From positions 1,168 through 65,167 of the forward strand of contig DZCM01000001.1 in NCBI GenBank assembly GCA_022730295.1: a DNA stretch of 64,000 bases. The letters run 5' to 3'. Source of the DNA: Rhodanobacter sp. Its GTDB lineage: Bacteria > Pseudomonadota > Gammaproteobacteria > Xanthomonadales > Rhodanobacteraceae. The position numbers were made by a program, and so were the translations under genes. Under the pieces are notes generated by a model. That model had not been told where the DNA came from, did no database searches, and saw only the letters and a program-made list of their open reading frames with translations. This document shows, piece by piece, positions 11,390-20,418 of the stretch (its first letter is position 1; each line of letters starts with the position of its first letter).

Positions 11390-12671
11390 CTTCGTCGCGG
11401 TAACGCGCGCGCGCCACGATTCTTCCCAGCATCACCATCGTGCGCCGCAGCGCGCCGCGCTCACGCGCGCACACCGCGTGGGCGATGGCACCCATCTCGG
11501 TGAGTGCAGCCGGGTGACGCAGCAACTCCAGCACCGTAGTACCGAGCTCATGAGTCGAAGCGACTCGCCGGGCACCGCCAGCCTCGATCAGGCCGTGGGT
11601 GATTTCCTCGAAGTTGAAGGTATACCGTCCAACCACCACCGGCTTCGACAGAGCTGCGGGTTCCAGCACGTTGTGCCCACCAATCGGCACCAGCGAGCCG
11701 CCGACGAAGGCGAGATCGGCTGCAGCGAAATAGCGCATCAGCACACCCATCGCATCGATCACGAGGCACTGCGTTTCGGGACTGGCGTCTCCGCCGCCGT
11801 GGGTGGCCACCGCAAAACCGAGGCTGCGCGCGGTCTGCTCCACAGCATGGAAGCGTTCGGGGTGGCGCGCCGCGATCAGCAGCAATGCATCCGGCATGCG
11901 CGCCAGTATCGCCAGGTGGGCTTGGAACACAGCCAATTCTTCGCCCTCGTGGGTACTGGCGGCGATCCATACCGGCCGCGCCGGTCCCCAGCGCTCACGC
12001 AAGGCCGCGCCGACTTCACGTGCCCCCTTCGGCAGCGGTGTATCGAATTTGAGGTTGCCGGAAACCTGCACGCTTTCAGCACGGGCACCCAGCGCAAGAT
12101 AGCGGTCTGCGTCGGCGGGCGACTGCGCGGCAATCAGTGCGACGTTGCCGAGCGTCCGGCGCACCAGTGGCCGGATCGGCCGGTAACCGCGCAGCGAACG
12201 CTCCGACAAGCGCGCATTCACCACCGCCACCGGGATCCCACGCCGTCCGCACTGATGAAAGAGATTTGGCCAGATCTCGGTTTCCATCACCACGGCCAGC
12301 GCCGGCCGGATCCGATCGAGGAAGCGGCGCACCGCGGGCGGCAGGTCGTAGGGCAGGTAGACGTGAAACACACGCTCGCCGAACAGCTTGCGCACGCGTT
12401 CGGACCCGGTCGGCGTCACCGTGGTCACCACCAGCGTGCGCGGTGCATACCGATGCATCAGCGATTCGATCAAGGGCGCCGCCGCGTTGACTTCGCCCAC
12501 CGACACCGCGTGCACCCAGATTGCATCGCGCAGGCCCGGGTCCGGAAACAGCCCAAAACGCTCACGCCAGCGCCGGAAATATCCGCGATAGTGCAGCCCC
12601 CGCGCCACCAGCCGCCCCAGGATGACCGGCGTGGCCAGGTAAACCGCGGCGGTGTAGAGCAAACGCAGCAT
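11367..12671 (-). CDS. waaA: Kdo transferase WaaA
   Basis: WVHAVSVGE, ETEIWPN, GNLKFD, GGHNVLEPA. Confidence 0.96.
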   Translation of the reverse strand: MLRLLYTAAVYLATPVILGRLVARGLHYRGYFRRWRERFGLFPDPGLRDAIWVHAVSVGEVNAAAPLIESLMHRYAPRTLVVTTVTPTGSERVRKLFGERVFHVYLPYDLPPAVRRFLDRIRPALAVVMETEIWPNLFHQCGRRGIPVAVVNARLSERSLRGYRPIRPLVRRTLGNVALIAAQSPADADRYLALGARAESVQVSGNLKFDTPLPKGAREVGAALRERWGPARPVWIAASTHEGEELAVFQAHLAILARMPDALLLIAARHPERFHAVEQTARSLGFAVATHGGGDASPETQCLVIDAMGVLMRYFAAADLAFVGGSLVPIGGHNVLEPAALSKPVVVGRYTFNFEEITHGLIEAGGARRVASTHELGTTVLELLRHPAALTEMGAIAHAVCARERGALRRTMVMLGRIVARARYRDEAISAATR

Positions 12672-12736
12672 GCAGCCAGGACCGTGAACCGGGCGCAGCA
12701 GTATAGCTTTCAATGCGCGGGCGCCGCGGGGCGCGC

Positions 12737-13606
12737 TCAGGCGATCCAGCCGGCCAGCACGATCAGGGCCACCACCGCCAGCCATACGATCAGCACGCGC
12801 TGCATCAAGCGCCGCGCATCCGCCAACTCGGCGACCGGATCCAGCGTACTCAGCGTCGGACCGTCACCGGCGCGGATATCGGCATCGACGCCGGAGCGTG
12901 CGACCGCGCCCAGGAAATCCGGATCGAACTCCCAACCAGACCGGCCCGGTTGCCCATGCCAGGCACGCCAAGCACCAAGCACGGCATCGAAATCCGAAAC
13001 CAGTGCCATCGCAAGCACCATGAGGTGCGCGGGAATCCAGTCCAGCGCCAACGCGAAACGCCGCGCGGCGTGACGGGTACGTGGATCGAGGCCAGCGTCC
13101 ATCGCGGCAGTTACCCAGGCCAGCCGGTAGCCCAGCGCACCTGCAGGGCCCAGCAGGAAAAACCAGAACAGCACGCCGAACCTGCGTCGCAACGACGCCG
13201 TCACGCCCGCCTCGACCAACTCCGGGGCGGTGAATGCGCGCGGTGCACCATCCGGTACGCTGCGCAGCCGGGCGGCGGCCACGACACGCGCGGCAGCGTC
13301 TTCTTCCTCCAACACCGCTTCGAAGTCGCTCTCGAGCTCGCGCGGGCCGAAGGTATAGAACAGCATCAGGATCGCAAACGCGAGGCCAGCCAAGGTGTAT
13401 ATCCAACCCTGGATGAAGTGCGCGACCAACGCGCACACCAGCACCGGCAACACCAGCGCCAGCGCGACGCGCCCGCCACCCTCGGTGAAATCCAGCACGC
13501 CCAACCAGGCGCGATACCAACCGAACTGGCGCATACCCTCCATATTGCCAGGCCACGCCAGCAGCACCAGCAGCACGATCAGGGCGGCGACGAGTTCAAG
13601 GGCCAT
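12737..13606 (-). CDS. ampE: AmpE/CobD-CbiB-like inner membrane protein
   Basis: FGVLFWFFLLGPAGALGYRL, DWIPAHL; multi-TM. Confidence 0.65.
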   Translation of the reverse strand: MALELVAALIVLLVLLAWPGNMEGMRQFGWYRAWLGVLDFTEGGGRVALALVLPVLVCALVAHFIQGWIYTLAGLAFAILMLFYTFGPRELESDFEAVLEEEDAAARVVAAARLRSVPDGAPRAFTAPELVEAGVTASLRRRFGVLFWFFLLGPAGALGYRLAWVTAAMDAGLDPRTRHAARRFALALDWIPAHLMVLAMALVSDFDAVLGAWRAWHGQPGRSGWEFDPDFLGAVARSGVDADIRAGDGPTLSTLDPVAELADARRLMQRVLIVWLAVVALIVLAGWIA

Positions 13607-13655
13607 GCAAGCTCGCGTGAATTCATGGAATGTGGATGGATTCTAGCGGCGCAGT

Positions 13656-14579
13656 TCACCCGGCGCGTGGCAGCTTTTCGAGCTCCACGCCCGCCCGCTC
13701 ACGCAACCAGTGCTCGATCAGGCGATACGAGATCGACAACGGCGAGGACAACCTGAGCGAACCGTCACCCAGTCCGGCCTTGATTGCACTGGCGGTGAAC
13801 CAGCGCGCGTCTTCCAGCTCACCATCGGTCAGGGTGATCGCCCGCCCACTCGCCTGCGCCGTGAAGCCCAGCATCAGCGAAGCCGGGAAGGGCCACGGCT
13901 GCGAGGAATGGAAATCGCAATCGACGACTTCGATGCCGGTTTCCTCGCGCACCTCGCGGCGCACCGCATCAGCCAGCGATTCACCCGGTTCGACGAAACC
14001 GGCGAGCGTCGAATACTGGCCCGCCGGCCACGCGGCTTGCCGGCCCAGCAGGCAGGCGTCATTGTGCTCGACGATCACGATGATGGCGGCGTCGGTGCGC
14101 GGGAAGTGCAGGCGCTGGCATTGCGCGCAGCGCGCGCGATGGCCGCCGTCGATGAGCGCGAGCGGCATCCCGCAGTACGCGCAATGGCGGGTTGCATCCT
14201 GCCAGTTGGCAAGCGCACGCGCGTAGGCGACGAGGCCCGCTTCCGCGCGCTCGAGCTCCATCGCGATGCGGCGCAAGCTCGACCACGTTGCTGACGGCAA
14301 CATTGCGTGGCTCACCGGCTCGCGCAGGGTGAACACCGGCACGCCGTCGAGCTGGCCCAGGAAATTCGTGGCGGCAGTGGCCGCGATGGCAGCGCCATCC
14401 AGCCAACACACACCTGCACCAGCGATGGGTGCGCAGCCATCCTGGTCGAACGCGAGGAAGCGCGCGGCAGGCGACACACGTTGCGCCGTCAACCAGTCTG
14501 GATTGGCGCGATACTCGGCGCAGCGATCCAGCGGCGAGGCTGTAAAACAGTTGCGGCGCGTGCGCTGGGCGGAACTCAC
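13656..14579 (-). CDS. nudC: NAD(+) diphosphatase / NAD-cap decapping enzyme NudC
   Basis: CxxC...CxxC zinc ribbon, Nudix box GFVEPGES..REVREETG, SQPWPFP; GTG start inferred at 14579. Confidence 0.93.
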   Translation of the reverse strand: MSSAQRTRRNCFTASPLDRCAEYRANPDWLTAQRVSPAARFLAFDQDGCAPIAGAGVCWLDGAAIAATAATNFLGQLDGVPVFTLREPVSHAMLPSATWSSLRRIAMELERAEAGLVAYARALANWQDATRHCAYCGMPLALIDGGHRARCAQCQRLHFPRTDAAIIVIVEHNDACLLGRQAAWPAGQYSTLAGFVEPGESLADAVRREVREETGIEVVDCDFHSSQPWPFPASLMLGFTAQASGRAITLTDGELEDARWFTASAIKAGLGDGSLRLSSPLSISYRLIEHWLRERAGVELEKLPRAG

Positions 14580-14580
14580 G

Positions 14581-14934
14581 TCAGGCCGTAAACGAGCTGC
14601 CGCATCCGCACGTGGTTTTCGCGTTCGGGTTGTGGACCACGAACTGCGCGCCGGACAGTTGCTCGACAAAATCGACTTCCGCGCCTTCAAGATATTGCAT
14701 GCTCAGCGGATCGACCAGCAACTGCACGCCGGCACGCTCGAGCACGTAATCGTCATCGCCACTCGTGTCTTCGAAGCTGAAGCCGTACTGGAACCCCGAA
14801 CAACCGCCGCCCTCGATGAAGACGCGCAGCTTGAGCGCGGGATTGCCTTCTTCGTGGATCAGCTCGCGCACGCGTGCCAGTGCGGCATCGGTGACGTTGA
14901 TGTTGAGATCGGGGCCTGCGGCGACGGCTTTCAT
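14581..14934 (-). CDS. erpA: Fe-S cluster insertion protein ErpA
   Basis: GGGCSGFQY and [17 protein letters not shown] before MKAVA. Confidence 0.95.
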   Translation of the reverse strand: MKAVAAGPDLNINVTDAALARVRELIHEEGNPALKLRVFIEGGGCSGFQYGFSFEDTSGDDDYVLERAGVQLLVDPLSMQYLEGAEVDFVEQLSGAQFVVHNPNAKTTCGCGSSFTA

Positions 14935-14977
14935 GGGCGTGTCCTCGCGTCCATCATGGTGGCACCGCACAGCGCGA

Positions 14978-15715
14978 TCAAGGCGTGGTGACGCTGATGC
15001 CATGCGCGCCGGCTTGGGCTTCGCTCCACCCCAGCTTGCGGGTCACGTCGCTGCCATGCTCGGGGTGCAGGGTGATGTCGATCCGGTTCGGCAGGAAGCC
15101 CTTGGGCAGCATGAACGAGCCACGCACCTGCTGGAAGAACTTGAAGGCGTAGACCACGCCGCCCTTGGCGCCGGACCCGGCGAGCTCGGGCCAGGCCACG
15201 GTGATCAGCTTGCCGCTGCGCACACCCTCCACCGACAAGGTCAGCGTGCCGCGTGCGGAGTCGGCGTTCTTGGCTGTGTTGATCAGCGTGGCCACGAAGT
15301 TCCACGCCGCGGTGCCCGCCACCGGCGTCAAAACGATGCTGTGCACGCCGAGTCCCGAGCGGTCGCCGTCGATACCGATCAACTTGGCGTAGAAGGCCTG
15401 CTGTTGCTTGAGCGTCTGCAGTTCACTGTCACGACTGGTCATGGCAGCGCGCAGGGCATCAAGCGTCGTGGCGGCGGTCTTCTGCTGCTGCTGCAGGCTC
15501 TGCAGCTGGCTCTGGAGTTCGACGTTGTGCGTGGCCAGTGCGCGTGCCCGCGCGGCCAATCCATTGGGCAAGCCCACACCACGCCCGAACGCCACGCCCA
15601 ACGCAAACACGATCAGCACCGCCAACGCGGCCAGCGCCGCGCGGATCCGGTTTTGCCGCGGCTGCGGTTGCGCACGCAAGCGGTCGAGCCAGTGATGAAA
15701 AATCGTCGAAGCCAT
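14978..15715 (-). CDS. DUF6776-like membrane-anchored coiled-coil protein
   Basis: TM + coiled coil + [16 protein letters not shown] motif; upstream of erpA. Confidence 0.7.
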   Translation of the reverse strand: MASTIFHHWLDRLRAQPQPRQNRIRAALAALAVLIVFALGVAFGRGVGLPNGLAARARALATHNVELQSQLQSLQQQQKTAATTLDALRAAMTSRDSELQTLKQQQAFYAKLIGIDGDRSGLGVHSIVLTPVAGTAAWNFVATLINTAKNADSARGTLTLSVEGVRSGKLITVAWPELAGSGAKGGVVYAFKFFQQVRGSFMLPKGFLPNRIDITLHPEHGSDVTRKLGWSEAQAGAHGISVTTP

Positions 15716-15815
15716 GCGCGAACCCGATTTGAAACCGTCGCTTATAGCCATACACGCCGCGAGGCGCAACCCGAAGGCTTGCCGAAGCTTCTCCGGCTGT
15801 GCTTGAATCCAGTCC

Positions 15816-16331
15816 ATGATCGACGTGGACGGCTATCGCCTGAATGTGGGCATCGTGCTGCTCAACCCGCAGGGCCAGGTGTTCTGGGCGCGGCGGGTAC
15901 AGCGCGACGGCTGGCAGTTTCCGCAGGGCGGCATGAATACCGACGAAACCCCCGACGAGGCGATGTATCGCGAGTTGGAGGAGGAGACGGGCTTGCGTGC
16001 GACGCAAGTCGAGATCCTGGGTTCGACGCATGGCTGGCTGCGTTACCGCTTGCCGCACCGCTACGTACGCCGCAGCCAACGGCCCACCTGCATCGGCCAG
16101 AAGCAGGTGTGGTTCCTGCTGCGGCTGCTGGACGAGGAAAGTGCGTTCCGGCTGGATGCAGCCGCGACGCCGGAGTTCGATGTCTGGCGCTGGGTGGACT
16201 TCTGGTATCCGGCCGAGCACGTGGTGGATTTCAAGCGCGACGTGTACCGCCGGGCCTTGCGCTATTTCGCGCCGCTGGTGGAAGCGGCGTGTTCGGTGGA
16301 AATCGGCGGTTCTGCTTGCGAGCGTCCCTGA
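15816..16331 (+). CDS. rppH: RNA pyrophosphohydrolase RppH
   Basis: [32 protein letters not shown]. Confidence 0.97.
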   Translation: MIDVDGYRLNVGIVLLNPQGQVFWARRVQRDGWQFPQGGMNTDETPDEAMYRELEEETGLRATQVEILGSTHGWLRYRLPHRYVRRSQRPTCIGQKQVWFLLRLLDEESAFRLDAAATPEFDVWRWVDFWYPAEHVVDFKRDVYRRALRYFAPLVEAACSVEIGGSACERP

Positions 16332-16450
16332 TCGCAGCTCCGGCGGACTCCGTTCCCGCTCGACTGTGCGAGACCCAGAACCCAACACGGCCATTGGCCT
16401 GACTTTCCACAACGGCTGCTTCGAGTCAGCATCCGGTCGCGCAAACCTAC

Positions 16451-16479
16451 TTGACAATCATTCGCATTCGTATTTCAAT
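16451..16479 (+). promoter_or_regulatory. Fur box overlapping the sigma70 promoter of bfd
   Basis: TTGACAATCATTCGCATT resembles the Fur consensus; TTGACA-17bp-TTCAAT. Confidence 0.7.
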
Positions 16480-16501
16480 GGCAACCGCCCGAGGGTCCGC
16501 C

Positions 16502-16702
16502 ATGTACGTGTGCATCTGCAAAGCCGTTTCCGATCTGGACATCCGCCGTGCGGTAGCGCACGGCGCGTGCTCGTTCGAGGCCTTGCAGGCGGGTACCGGC
16601 TGCTCGACCTGCTGCGGCGGCTGCGAACACGAGGCCCGCGAACTGCTGGCCGACGCGCTTGAACGCGAGCAGGTAGCCCAAGCGCTGCCAATCGCGGCCT
16701 GA
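16502..16702 (+). CDS. bfd: Bacterioferritin-associated ferredoxin
   Basis: MYVCICKAV...CSTCCGGC; upstream of bfr. Confidence 0.92.
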   Translation: MYVCICKAVSDLDIRRAVAHGACSFEALQAGTGCSTCCGGCEHEARELLADALEREQVAQALPIAA

Positions 16703-16836
16703 TTCGCAGCCTGGACCTCGGCCCGAACCGCCGCCAGCGACTGCAACCGATTATCAATCCGTCACGTCGCCGCACCGGGCGTTATAGTCATGACCGTTGC
16801 GCGCATTGCGCGCGCCATCGCAGCCGGGAGTCCAGC

Positions 16837-17307
16837 ATGCAAGGCGACGCCAAGGTCATCGAGCATCTCAACACGGCACTCGGCAACGAGTTGGTCGCGA
16901 TCAACCAGTATTTCCTGCACCACAAGATGTACGCCAACTGGGGCTACCGGGAACTGGCCGAGCACGAGCGCGCAGAATCGATCGACGAGATGAAGCACGC
17001 CGACCGGCTGATCGAGCGCATCCTGTTCCTGGAAGGACTGCCGAACCTGCAGAAACTCGGCAAGCTGCACGTTGGTCAGACGCCCAGGGAAACCATCGAG
17101 TGCGACCTCAAGCTGGAGCGCGCCGCCCTGCCGGACCTGCAGGCGGCAATCGCTCATTGCGAGCAGGTCGGCGATTACGCCAGCCGCACGCTGTTTGCCG
17201 AGATCCTGCGTTCCGAAGAAGAACACATCGACTGGCTGGAAACCCAGCTCAGCCTGATCGGGCAGGTGGGCCTGGAAAATTACCTGCAAACGCACATCCG
17301 GTCGTAG
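16837..17307 (+). CDS. bfr: Bacterioferritin
   Basis: [20 protein letters not shown] (heme Met), [11 protein letters not shown]. Confidence 0.97.
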   Translation: MQGDAKVIEHLNTALGNELVAINQYFLHHKMYANWGYRELAEHERAESIDEMKHADRLIERILFLEGLPNLQKLGKLHVGQTPRETIECDLKLERAALPDLQAAIAHCEQVGDYASRTLFAEILRSEEEHIDWLETQLSLIGQVGLENYLQTHIRS

Positions 17308-17344
17308 CACTCGAGAGCCTTGCAGCCCAACGGATAACGGACGC

Positions 17345-18034
17345 ATGCAACGGCGGGTCGTGCTCTCGTGGAGTTCCGGCAAGGACAGCGCATGGTCGCT
17401 GCACATGCTGCGGCAGGATCCGGACGTCGAGGTGATCGGGCTCCTGACCACCGTCAACACGACGCATCAACGCGTTGCGATGCACTCGACCCGGCTCGCG
17501 CTCGCCCGGGCACAGGCCGATGCAGCCGGACTGCCGCTGCATACCATCCCGTTGCCGTGGCCGTGCCCCAACGAGGTGTACGAACGCGAGATGCGCGGCG
17601 CGGTGGCCGACGCGGTCGCGCGCGGCGCCACGCATGTTGCGTTCGGCGACCTGTTCCTGGAAGACATTCGCGCGTACCGCATCCGGCAACTGCAAGGTTC
17701 AGGCCTGCAGCCGCTGTTCCCGCTCTGGGGTGAACCCACCGCAGCGCTCGCGCGCAAAATGATCGATGCCGGTCTGGTCGCGGTGGTGACTTGCGTGGAT
17801 CCCCGGCAGCTGCCCGCCACGTTCGCCGGACGCAGGTTCGACCACGCGATGCTGGATGAGCTGCCGGCGGGTGTCGATCCGTGCGGCGAGCACGGCGAAT
17901 TTCACACCTGCGTGCTTGCGGGCCCGATGTTTCGAGCACCCATACGCGCGGCAGTCGGCGAGATCGTCGAGCGCGACGGATTCTGCTTCGCAGATCTGAT
18001 TCCCGACACGACTGCGCCCGATCCTGCGCAGTGA
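17345..18034 (+). CDS. PP-loop ATPase, diphthamide-synthase-like (MJ0570/Dph6 family)
   Basis: SWSSGKDS, FGDLFL, DPCGEHGEFHT. Confidence 0.85.
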   Translation: MQRRVVLSWSSGKDSAWSLHMLRQDPDVEVIGLLTTVNTTHQRVAMHSTRLALARAQADAAGLPLHTIPLPWPCPNEVYEREMRGAVADAVARGATHVAFGDLFLEDIRAYRIRQLQGSGLQPLFPLWGEPTAALARKMIDAGLVAVVTCVDPRQLPATFAGRRFDHAMLDELPAGVDPCGEHGEFHTCVLAGPMFRAPIRAAVGEIVERDGFCFADLIPDTTAPDPAQ

Positions 18035-18093
18035 CGGGCACGCCACGCTGACACGCGCGCGGCTACCCGGGTTCGCATGGCAAGTGCGGCGAT

Positions 18094-20418
18094 CTACGAC
18101 CGCTTGTAGCGCGCGCGCAAGGCGGCTGCGGCGTGGGCGTAAAGCTTGTCCAGCGCCGCCACGCTGTCCATGGGATCGACCAGGACTCCGCGGCGCGCGG
18201 CTTCCTCGACCATGCGGGCGCGGCTGGACAAGGGCACCGCGCCCAGGTTCGCGCTGGACGATTTGAGCGAATGCGCAAGCTTGCCGACCTCGGCGCTGTC
18301 GCCGCGGGCGGCCGCTTCACGCAACTTTTGCATGCGGGCATCGCCATCGCGCAGGTAGGCGTCCACCAGCGTCACCAGTTCGTCACCCATGATGTCTTCG
18401 AGATCCACCAGGGTGGTGGCGTCGAGCGTGTCCGCGGGCGGCGCGGCAACGGTCACCGCGGCCAACTTGGTGGCCGCAACGGACACCGCGACCGTTACCG
18501 GATTTGCCGCGATTGCTTTTGGTGGCGGCGCGCTGGGGGCGCCAACCGGCGCATGCTGGATCCAGCGTGCCAGCGTTTCCGCCAGTTGCTTGCGATCGAG
18601 CGGCTTGGACAAGTAATCGTCCATGCCCGATTGCAGGCAGCGCTCGCGATCGCCGGCCATCGCGTGCGCCGTCATGGCGATCACCGGCGTGCGCGGCCTG
18701 GATTCCGCGCTTTCGATCTCGCGCAGCCGGCGGGTAGCACTGTAGCCATCCAGAATCGGCATCTGGCAATCCATCAACACCATCGAATACGCGCGGCCGC
18801 GCAACTTTTCCAACGCGACCTCGCCGTTCTCGGCAATGTCGACGGTCAAGCCCACCCGCTCCAACAACTTTTGCGCGACCTTCTGGTTGACCGGATGATC
18901 CTCGACCAGCAGCACGCTGCCGGCAAGCTGGGTGTCCTTGTCGATGGCCGCCGGCAAGGCCGGCACGCTCAACACCGGTTGCACCCGCGGCGCCGGCGCC
19001 ATGCCGAAGGCGCTACGCACACCCTGCCGCAAGGCGGAATCGTCGGCACGCGCCGAGGCAATGATCACCCGCGGATCAGGCGCCTCGTCCAGCCCCAGGG
19101 CCAACATGCGCAGCGAATCGAACTGGCGGTCACGCAGGAGCGCACGCAGCATGCCGGTCACGTCGCCGGCGACACTGCCCGCGTCCACCACCAGCAGGTT
19201 GAAATTGAAACTGTTGCCGAGCGGCGCGGCTTGCCGCAGGCGTGCCAGTGCCGCGCCGGTGTCGGCCACCTGGGTGGTTTCCAGTTCCAGCGCGCCGAGC
19301 ACCGGCAAGATGCTGTGTGTGCGTTGCGAACTGGCCAGCAACAAGGCGCGCGTCCCAGGCAGGTGCTTGTGCGCGCCGCTGATGTCGCCCGGTGCTTTTT
19401 CGAACGGGATCGTGAACCAGAACACCGAGCCGCGGCCGGGCTCCGAACGTACGCCGATGCGCCCACCCATCAGGTCGACGAGCTTCTTGCAGATCGTCAG
19501 GCCCAACCCGGTGCCGCCGTAGCGCCGCGTCACCGAGGCATCTGCCTGCGTGAACGGCTGGAACAAACGCGCGGCGGCATCCGGTGCGAGACCGATGCCG
19601 GTGTCGCGCACCGCAAACAGCAATTCGTGCTGGGTGTCGGTTTCGTTGCGACGGCTGACCCGCACCGACACGCCGCCACGCTGGGTGAACTTGAGGGCAT
19701 TGCCCATCAGGTTGGTGAGGATCTGGCGTACCCGCATCGGGTCGCCGCGCAGCAGTGGGCGTACATCGGCGTCGACGACCGCGCGCATCGCCAGGCCCTT
19801 GGCCTCGGCGGGTTTGTCCAGCAGGCGCTTCACGCCATCGACCAGTTCGCGCACGTTGAAGCTGACCGACTCCAGATCGAGCTTGCCGGCCTCGGCCTTG
19901 GAATAGTCGAGGATGTCATCGACGATCCGCAGCAATTCCTTGGCAGAAGCGTGCGAAGTGGCAAGGTACTCGCGCTGCACCGGCGTGAGGTCGGTACCGA
20001 GCACGATATCCAGCAGCGGCAGGATGCCATTCAGCGGTGTACGGATTTCGTGGCTCATGCTGGCCAGAAATTCGCTCTTGGCCAACATTGCCGATTCCGC
20101 CGCCTGCTTGGCGGCCAGCAACTCGCGCTGCACGCCGCGCAGCGACGTCAATTCCGACTGCGCCGACGCCAAGCGCGTGCGCATCGCCACATCCACTGCG
20201 TCGGGCACCACCGGCGCGCTGCTGACGCTGCGTGCTTCCCGGTCCGGGGCTGAGGTTCGCAGCAACCACAGCAGTACCAATGCCACCAGCAGCAGCGCCC
20301 ACACGACCAGCCGGTGTGGATACGCGACCCACCACGTAGCCACCACGCCGGCCGCCACCAGCGCGGCGCTGGCTATCAGCCGCATTCCCAACGCCATCCC
20401 TGCCTGCGCCGATGCCAT
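18094..20418 (-). CDS. Hybrid histidine kinase (2TM-HisKA-HATPase-REC-REC-Hpt)
   Basis: MSHEIRTPLNG, GGTGLGL, LMDCQMP, AHSLKSSS; TGATG coupling to the upstream gene. Confidence 0.93.
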   Translation of the reverse strand: MASAQAGMALGMRLIASAALVAAGVVATWWVAYPHRLVVWALLLVALVLLWLLRTSAPDREARSVSSAPVVPDAVDVAMRTRLASAQSELTSLRGVQRELLAAKQAAESAMLAKSEFLASMSHEIRTPLNGILPLLDIVLGTDLTPVQREYLATSHASAKELLRIVDDILDYSKAEAGKLDLESVSFNVRELVDGVKRLLDKPAEAKGLAMRAVVDADVRPLLRGDPMRVRQILTNLMGNALKFTQRGGVSVRVSRRNETDTQHELLFAVRDTGIGLAPDAAARLFQPFTQADASVTRRYGGTGLGLTICKKLVDLMGGRIGVRSEPGRGSVFWFTIPFEKAPGDISGAHKHLPGTRALLLASSQRTHSILPVLGALELETTQVADTGAALARLRQAAPLGNSFNFNLLVVDAGSVAGDVTGMLRALLRDRQFDSLRMLALGLDEAPDPRVIIASARADDSALRQGVRSAFGMAPAPRVQPVLSVPALPAAIDKDTQLAGSVLLVEDHPVNQKVAQKLLERVGLTVDIAENGEVALEKLRGRAYSMVLMDCQMPILDGYSATRRLREIESAESRPRTPVIAMTAHAMAGDRERCLQSGMDDYLSKPLDRKQLAETLARWIQHAPVGAPSAPPPKAIAANPVTVAVSVAATKLAAVTVAAPPADTLDATTLVDLEDIMGDELVTLVDAYLRDGDARMQKLREAAARGDSAEVGKLAHSLKSSSANLGAVPLSSRARMVEEAARRGVLVDPMDSVAALDKLYAHAAAALRARYKRS

